Part shown: positions 1-8,291 of the stretch, one piece after another
Layout: every line of letters starts with the position of its first letter
Numbering within the stretch: position 1 is the first letter of the stretch
Source of the DNA: a virus
Taxonomy: Monodnaviria > Loebvirae > Hofneiviricota > Faserviricetes > Tubulavirales
IMG/VR virus record: IMGVR_UViG_2667527595_000001
Direction: 5' to 3' (one strand)
DNA length: 8,291 nucleotides
Notes under the pieces: generated by a model
The model's input: only the letters and a program-made list of their open reading frames with translations
The model's database searches: none
What the model was told of the DNA's origin: nothing
Made by a program: the position numbers and the translations under genes

Positions 1-2
1 GC

Positions 3-739
3 TCAGGTGGTGGCAGTTCCGGTGGTGGTAACCCGGGCGGCGGCATACCAGTGGTGGTTCAGGTTCTGGCTCCGGTGGTTCATCCGGTAGCGGTGGCTCC
101 GGCTCGGGTTCCGGCGGCTCATCCGGCAGTGGTGGTTCAGGTTCTGGCTCCGGTGGTTCATCCGGTAGCGGTGGCTCCGGCTCGGGCTCCGGCGGTTCAT
201 CCGGTAGCGGTAGTTCAGGTTCAGGATCCGGTGGCTCATCCGGCGATGACAATGGCTGGCTTGATGGTATTTTGGGCTGGTTAAAAACAATATGGGTGTC
301 AGTGAATGATTTAAATAATGCTTTTTCTGTTTCTCAGGCTGATATGAATAATGCATTAAATTCACTGGACAATGGTATTAAAGATATTAGTCAGAATATA
401 GCTTCTTCTTTGCCTGATGGGGATTTCCCTTTAGGGGAGCTTTCGCATTACTTGCCAGGACAGGGAAGTGAGAGTCATGATAATAACAATTGGCTTACAG
501 TTAATATTGACAAACTGGTAAATACAAATAATGGAACTGCTCTTCCTTTTATTTTACAATTTAGCTTTGATCTTCCGTTGATTGGCGCTATTAATTTCAA
601 GATTGATACAAGCCATTTTGCAAAAGCTTATGACGATTATGTTCGTTCTGTTCTTGAATATGCTATTTATATGATAACCATGTTACGCGTTTTTGTTATT
701 TCTCGCCGTACATTATTTGAACGTGAGGTAAAACTCTGA
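3..739 (+). CDS. Minor coat/adsorption protein pIII, C-terminal part only (5' end outside window): Gly/Ser-rich linker plus C-terminal assembly/anchor domain; reading-frame discontinuity near nt 30-50
   Basis: Frame 2 is open from nt 32 to the TGA at 737-739 and encodes (GGSGSGSGGSSGS)n followed by ...GDDNGWLDGILGWLK...FDLPLIGAINFKIDTSHF...VLEYAIYMITMLRVFVISRR, with a hydrophobic anchor near the C-terminus like Ff pIII. Upstream of nt 47 the glycine-rich reading (SGGGSSGGGNPGGGIP) is in frame 3, and frame 2 has a TAA at 29-31. The ORF-track start at 272 (TTG) is only the first start codon in the open frame. Confidence 0.8.
53..245 (+). repeat. In-frame 78-bp tandem repeat (about 2.5 copies) encoding the Gly/Ser linker of pIII
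   Basis: ggtggttcaggttctggctccggtggttcatccggtagcggtggctccggctcggg... recurs at 53 and 131 (period 78 bp = 26 codons), with a partial third copy from about 209. Confidence 0.8.
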
Positions 740-1098
740 TGTGGGCCATTTTAGGTGCTTTTTTTGTTGATGTTGTTTTAAAATCACTACGTTTCATTGC
801 AGGAGTTATCGGTGATAAAGCTGTTGCATGGGCTAAGCTCCTTTCTTATCTTGGTCTTTGCTACACTTCATATTATGCTCTTGTATCTGCCGTCAATTTT
901 ATTATTCGTCAAATCTCCGATGTTAATAAACTCGATGTTATTGTAGTTGCATTCAGTTACCTTCCTTTAAATATTCAGTACTGTTTTAATATCATCCTCC
1001 ATGTTCAATTTATTTCATACATATATCTTTATAAGGATAGAGTGTATCGATTGGTTTATGATTTATTTAAATCAAATGGGCTTAATGTTGGCAAGTAA
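739..1098 (+). CDS. Minor coat protein pVI-like (119 aa, hydrophobic)
   Basis: ATG at 739 overlaps the pIII stop (TGATG) with GAGGT upstream. The product is small and strongly hydrophobic, and sits at the gVI position between gIII and gI. Assigned by size, hydrophobicity and synteny only. Confidence 0.7.
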   Translation: MWAILGAFFVDVVLKSLRFIAGVIGDKAVAWAKLLSYLGLCYTSYYALVSAVNFIIRQISDVNKLDVIVVAFSYLPLNIQYCFNIILHVQFISYIYLYKDRVYRLVYDLFKSNGLNVGK

Positions 1099-1112
1099 TT
1101 TTGCGGGGGTAA

Positions 1113-2318
<1,206 letters not shown>

Positions 2319-2319
2319 G

Positions 2320-3066
<747 letters not shown>

Positions 3067-3095
3067 TATCTTCATGACTGAAAAACAGCACTTAA

Positions 3096-4313
<1,218 letters not shown>

Positions 4314-4366
4314 GTGCCGACCGGGATTATCAGGACGCGGCATCTCAGTTTACCTACCACAACGTC

Positions 4367-4399
4367 AGTGCGCATAATGTGACACGCGTTATGTTGAAA
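4367..4399 (+). other. dif-like XerC/XerD recombination site (putative attP arm 1) with an extended 11-bp central region
   Basis: AGTGCGCATAA (10/11 to the XerC arm of E. coli dif, GGTGCGCATAA) - tgtgacacgcg - TTATGTTGAAA (9/11 to the XerD arm, TTATGTTAAAT). The dif consensus is quoted from memory. Confidence 0.45.
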
Positions 4400-4436
4400 A
4401 GGCCGCTGCGATACTCTCCACCGCAGCGGCCTTTTT
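4397..4436. terminator. Rho-independent terminator hairpin after gIV, possibly bidirectional
   Basis: Perfect 10-bp GC-rich stem ggccgctgcg (4401-4410) / cgcagcggcc (4422-4431) with an 11-nt loop, followed by TTTTT (4432-4436) and preceded by AAAA (4397-4400). Confidence 0.75.
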
Positions 4437-4460
4437 ATACATAACGTCATTGTGCGCACT
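4434..4460 (-). other. Second dif-like site in inverted orientation (putative attP arm 2)
   Basis: Reverse complement of 4434-4460 reads AGTGCGCACAA-TGACG-TTATGTATAAA (XerC-like arm 9/11, XerD-like arm about 8/11). 4365-4379 is complementary to 4448-4462 at 14 of 15 positions (one T/G mismatch). Confidence 0.4.
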
Positions 4461-4465
4461 GAACC

Positions 4466-4621
4466 TTAAAGGATTTCAGTGTCCTTACTTAGTTTTTTGT
4501 GTATGGTCATCACCAACGGTGGGACAAGCGTTATCAGGCTGAATATTGTCATGCCTGTGATGCTGCCAACAACGAAATGCTTTATCAGCAGGTCAAGGAT
4601 TAAGTCACTGGTTATCTGCAT
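4466..4621 (-). CDS. Hypothetical small hydrophobic protein (51 aa), hand-translated and not in the supplied ORF track
   Basis: Minus-strand ATG (plus-strand CAT 4619-4621) preceded by AAGGAAAT with a short spacer; translation MQITSDLILDLLIKHFVVGSITGMTIFSLITLVPPLVMTIHKKLSKDTEIL, stop at 4466-4468. It lies 63 bp downstream of the minus-strand regulator gene on the same strand. Weak evidence. Confidence 0.2.
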   Translation of the reverse strand: MQITSDLILDLLIKHFVVGSITGMTIFSLITLVPPLVMTIHKKLSKDTEIL

Positions 4622-4684
4622 ATTTCCTTGTTTAACTTTTCCTTTGATCTTTCCTGGCCTGTTTGTTTGACGTTGGGAAAGGGA

Positions 4685-4885
4685 TCACATTGCCTTTTTT
4701 TTCTTAAGTTCTTCCTGACTTACCATATCTATTGCTGCGTCTTTTGCGTAGTGATCTATCATGTAAGACAGTACTTCGGTCCATTTTATGCTCCTTCCTA
4801 TCTTTTGACTTGCATCAATAGCTAATCTTTCTAGCTTTAGATACTTCTCGTTTGGCACGTTATAACTCTTTCTTTTTTCAGCCAT
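4685..4885 (-). CDS. Small basic protein (66 aa), putative transcriptional regulator/repressor (possibly ribbon-helix-helix-like), divergent from the replication module
   Basis: Minus-strand ATG (plus CAT 4883-4885) with AAGGGGG SD about 8 nt upstream (plus 4893-4899 reverse-complemented). Product MAEKRKSYNVPNEKYLKLERLAIDASQKIGRSIKWTEVLSYMIDHYAKD... has a basic N-terminus followed by helix-like segments. Function inferred from size, charge pattern and divergent position, analogous to RstR of CTX-phi. Confidence 0.5.
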   Translation of the reverse strand: MAEKRKSYNVPNEKYLKLERLAIDASQKIGRSIKWTEVLSYMIDHYAKDAAIDMVSQEELKKKKAM

Positions 4886-5018
4886 TATTTAGCCCCCTTT
4901 TTTGTATTTAGCCATCATGTACTCTAGAGCACTTGAGCAAATGTTGTTAATACATCTTGTGTTCATGATGTTTTTTGAGTATGTTCTTTTTTGTCTTTCA
5001 TCATGAGGACATGAGGTC
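4886..5018. promoter_or_regulatory. AT-rich divergent promoter/operator region between the minus-strand regulator and the + strand replication operon
   Basis: Direct repeats TATTTAGCC at 4886-4894 and 4905-4913 flank the regulator's RBS; imperfect 14-bp palindrome GTACTCTAGAGCAC at 4919-4932 (12/14); recurrent TCATGA/CATCATG motifs around 4915-4921, 4964-4971 and 4998-5005. Confidence 0.45.
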
Positions 5019-7260
<2,242 letters not shown>

Positions 7261-7290
7261 CTGAATTTTTAACATTGAGGAGTCTGATTT

Positions 7291-7716
7291 ATGAATCAAA
7301 TTTACGACAGTTTTCCGTTTCCTTCCCCTGAGGGTTTTACCGCAGGTATGACAATGGCGGGATATTTTATTCACGCCACTGTCATAAATGATGAGGAGTT
7401 AAAACCCACGGGTTCTCATTATAACCCTGAGGCCAAACCCAAATATGCCATTGTTATTGCCTATCCGTATGAGGACCGAAAATTAAAAGTCCGCCGTGAG
7501 GAGCATGAGCGCTTTTCCTGTACTGAGGAGGATTTTAAATTTTTTAATTCATGTCCTGATTTGCAGGGCAAATCTGTTTATCTCACGGTGGATGTTAACT
7601 CATGGTCGACAGGCTCAGAACGTCATGGTGTCTGGTATCGTTTTATTTCCGGCTCCATGAAACGTTTTGACGGTCAGCCGCTGGGTGCACTGCCCGCAGG
7701 TAAAGAAAAAGGCTGA
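7291..7716 (+). CDS. Putative ssDNA-binding protein (gV position), 141 aa
   Basis: Strong SD GAGGAG at 7277-7282, 8 nt before ATG 7291; lies between the replication gene and the coat-protein cluster as gV does in Ff phages. Function assigned by synteny only; the sequence is longer than Ff gV. Confidence 0.45.
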   Translation: MNQIYDSFPFPSPEGFTAGMTMAGYFIHATVINDEELKPTGSHYNPEAKPKYAIVIAYPYEDRKLKVRREEHERFSCTEEDFKFFNSCPDLQGKSVYLTVDVNSWSTGSERHGVWYRFISGSMKRFDGQPLGALPAGKEKG

Positions 7717-7720
7717 TGAT

Positions 7721-7861
7721 ATGTCTGACGCTGATTTTCTGAACTTTGTTTTATTTGCTGCGCCTGCAATGATTTTATTTTCTTCAGGTTTTGGCATCGG
7801 AATAAAACTGATTCGCGCCTGTGACTCACAAAGCATTACTGTTCAGCGTTATTATGACTGA
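7721..7861 (+). CDS. Small hydrophobic protein (46 aa), candidate minor coat protein (gVII/gIX position)
   Basis: ATG at 7721, 4 nt after the gV stop; product MSDADFLNFVLFAAPAMILFSSGFGIGIKLIRACDSQSITVQRYYD has one hydrophobic segment. The ORF-track entry 7667..7861 is an upstream extension. Confidence 0.45.
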   Translation: MSDADFLNFVLFAAPAMILFSSGFGIGIKLIRACDSQSITVQRYYD

Positions 7862-8024
7862 ATTTGATTTCAGCGGTGTTTTATCCGCACTGAATTCTGG
7901 CGTACAGGACGGGGAGCTTTACTGGTCCGTTCTTTATGTCTGGATTGTCTGCTGGCTTCTTGGCTTTGGTCTTGGTGTTATTTTCACTCTGGTCTGCCGG
8001 ATGTTCAGTGATGCTGTTAATTAA
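7854..8024 (+). CDS. Small hydrophobic protein (56 aa), candidate minor coat protein (gIX/gVII position)
   Basis: ATG 7854 overlaps the previous stop (ATGACTGA); product MTEFDFSGVLSALNSGVQDGELYWSVLYVWIVCWLLGFGLGVIFTLVCRMFSDAVN has one transmembrane-like segment. The ORF-track start at 7821 is GTG. Confidence 0.45.
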   Translation: MTEFDFSGVLSALNSGVQDGELYWSVLYVWIVCWLLGFGLGVIFTLVCRMFSDAVN

Positions 8025-8030
8025 TTTTAA

Positions 8031-8291
<261 letters not shown>

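Noticed and set aside
3-365. Minus-strand ORF 3..365 and + strand ORF 51..284
   Set aside because: Both are alternative-frame readings of the Gly/Ser codon repeat (valine/proline- or His/Arg-rich low complexity); the frame-2 reading gives the real pIII linker and C-domain.
4479-4825. + strand ORFs 4479..4670 and 4628..4825 in the regulatory region
   Set aside because: They overlap the better-supported minus-strand regulator gene and peptide, have no convincing RBS, and give low-complexity Cys/Phe/Leu-rich products.

Overview
The window is almost entirely one filamentous-phage (Inovirus-type) genome or prophage unit, with nearly all genes on the + strand in the classic Ff order: gIII (3' part only, the window starts inside it) - gVI - gI (Zot-like) - gIV (secretin) - intergenic attachment/terminator region - gII-type replication initiator - gV-like - two small hydrophobic ORFs (gVII/gIX positions) - gVIII major coat, whose stop codon is the last three bases of the window. 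Three things are not explained by that backbone. (1) A GC-rich, apparently non-coding array of about 2.2 tandem copies of a 339-bp unit sits between gI and gIV, where Ff phages have almost no spacer. (2) Just after gIV, two dif-like sequences lie in inverted orientation around a rho-independent terminator hairpin; this resembles the CTX-phi-type folded single-strand attP used by dif-integrating filamentous phages (IMEX). (3) Upstream of the replication gene is a divergent module: a minus-strand 66-aa gene that looks like a small DNA-binding regulator, a possible 51-aa hydrophobic peptide behind it, an AT-rich operator-like region, and an 82-aa ORF of unknown function translationally coupled to the initiator. 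The gIII reading frame also shifts between about nt 30 and 50, and pI carries a non-canonical Walker A (GKG). All assignments rest on reading the translations and sequence by eye; no database search was possible. The element resembles enterobacterial dif-integrating inoviruses of the CUS-1/Ypf-phi kind, but that is from memory and unverified.
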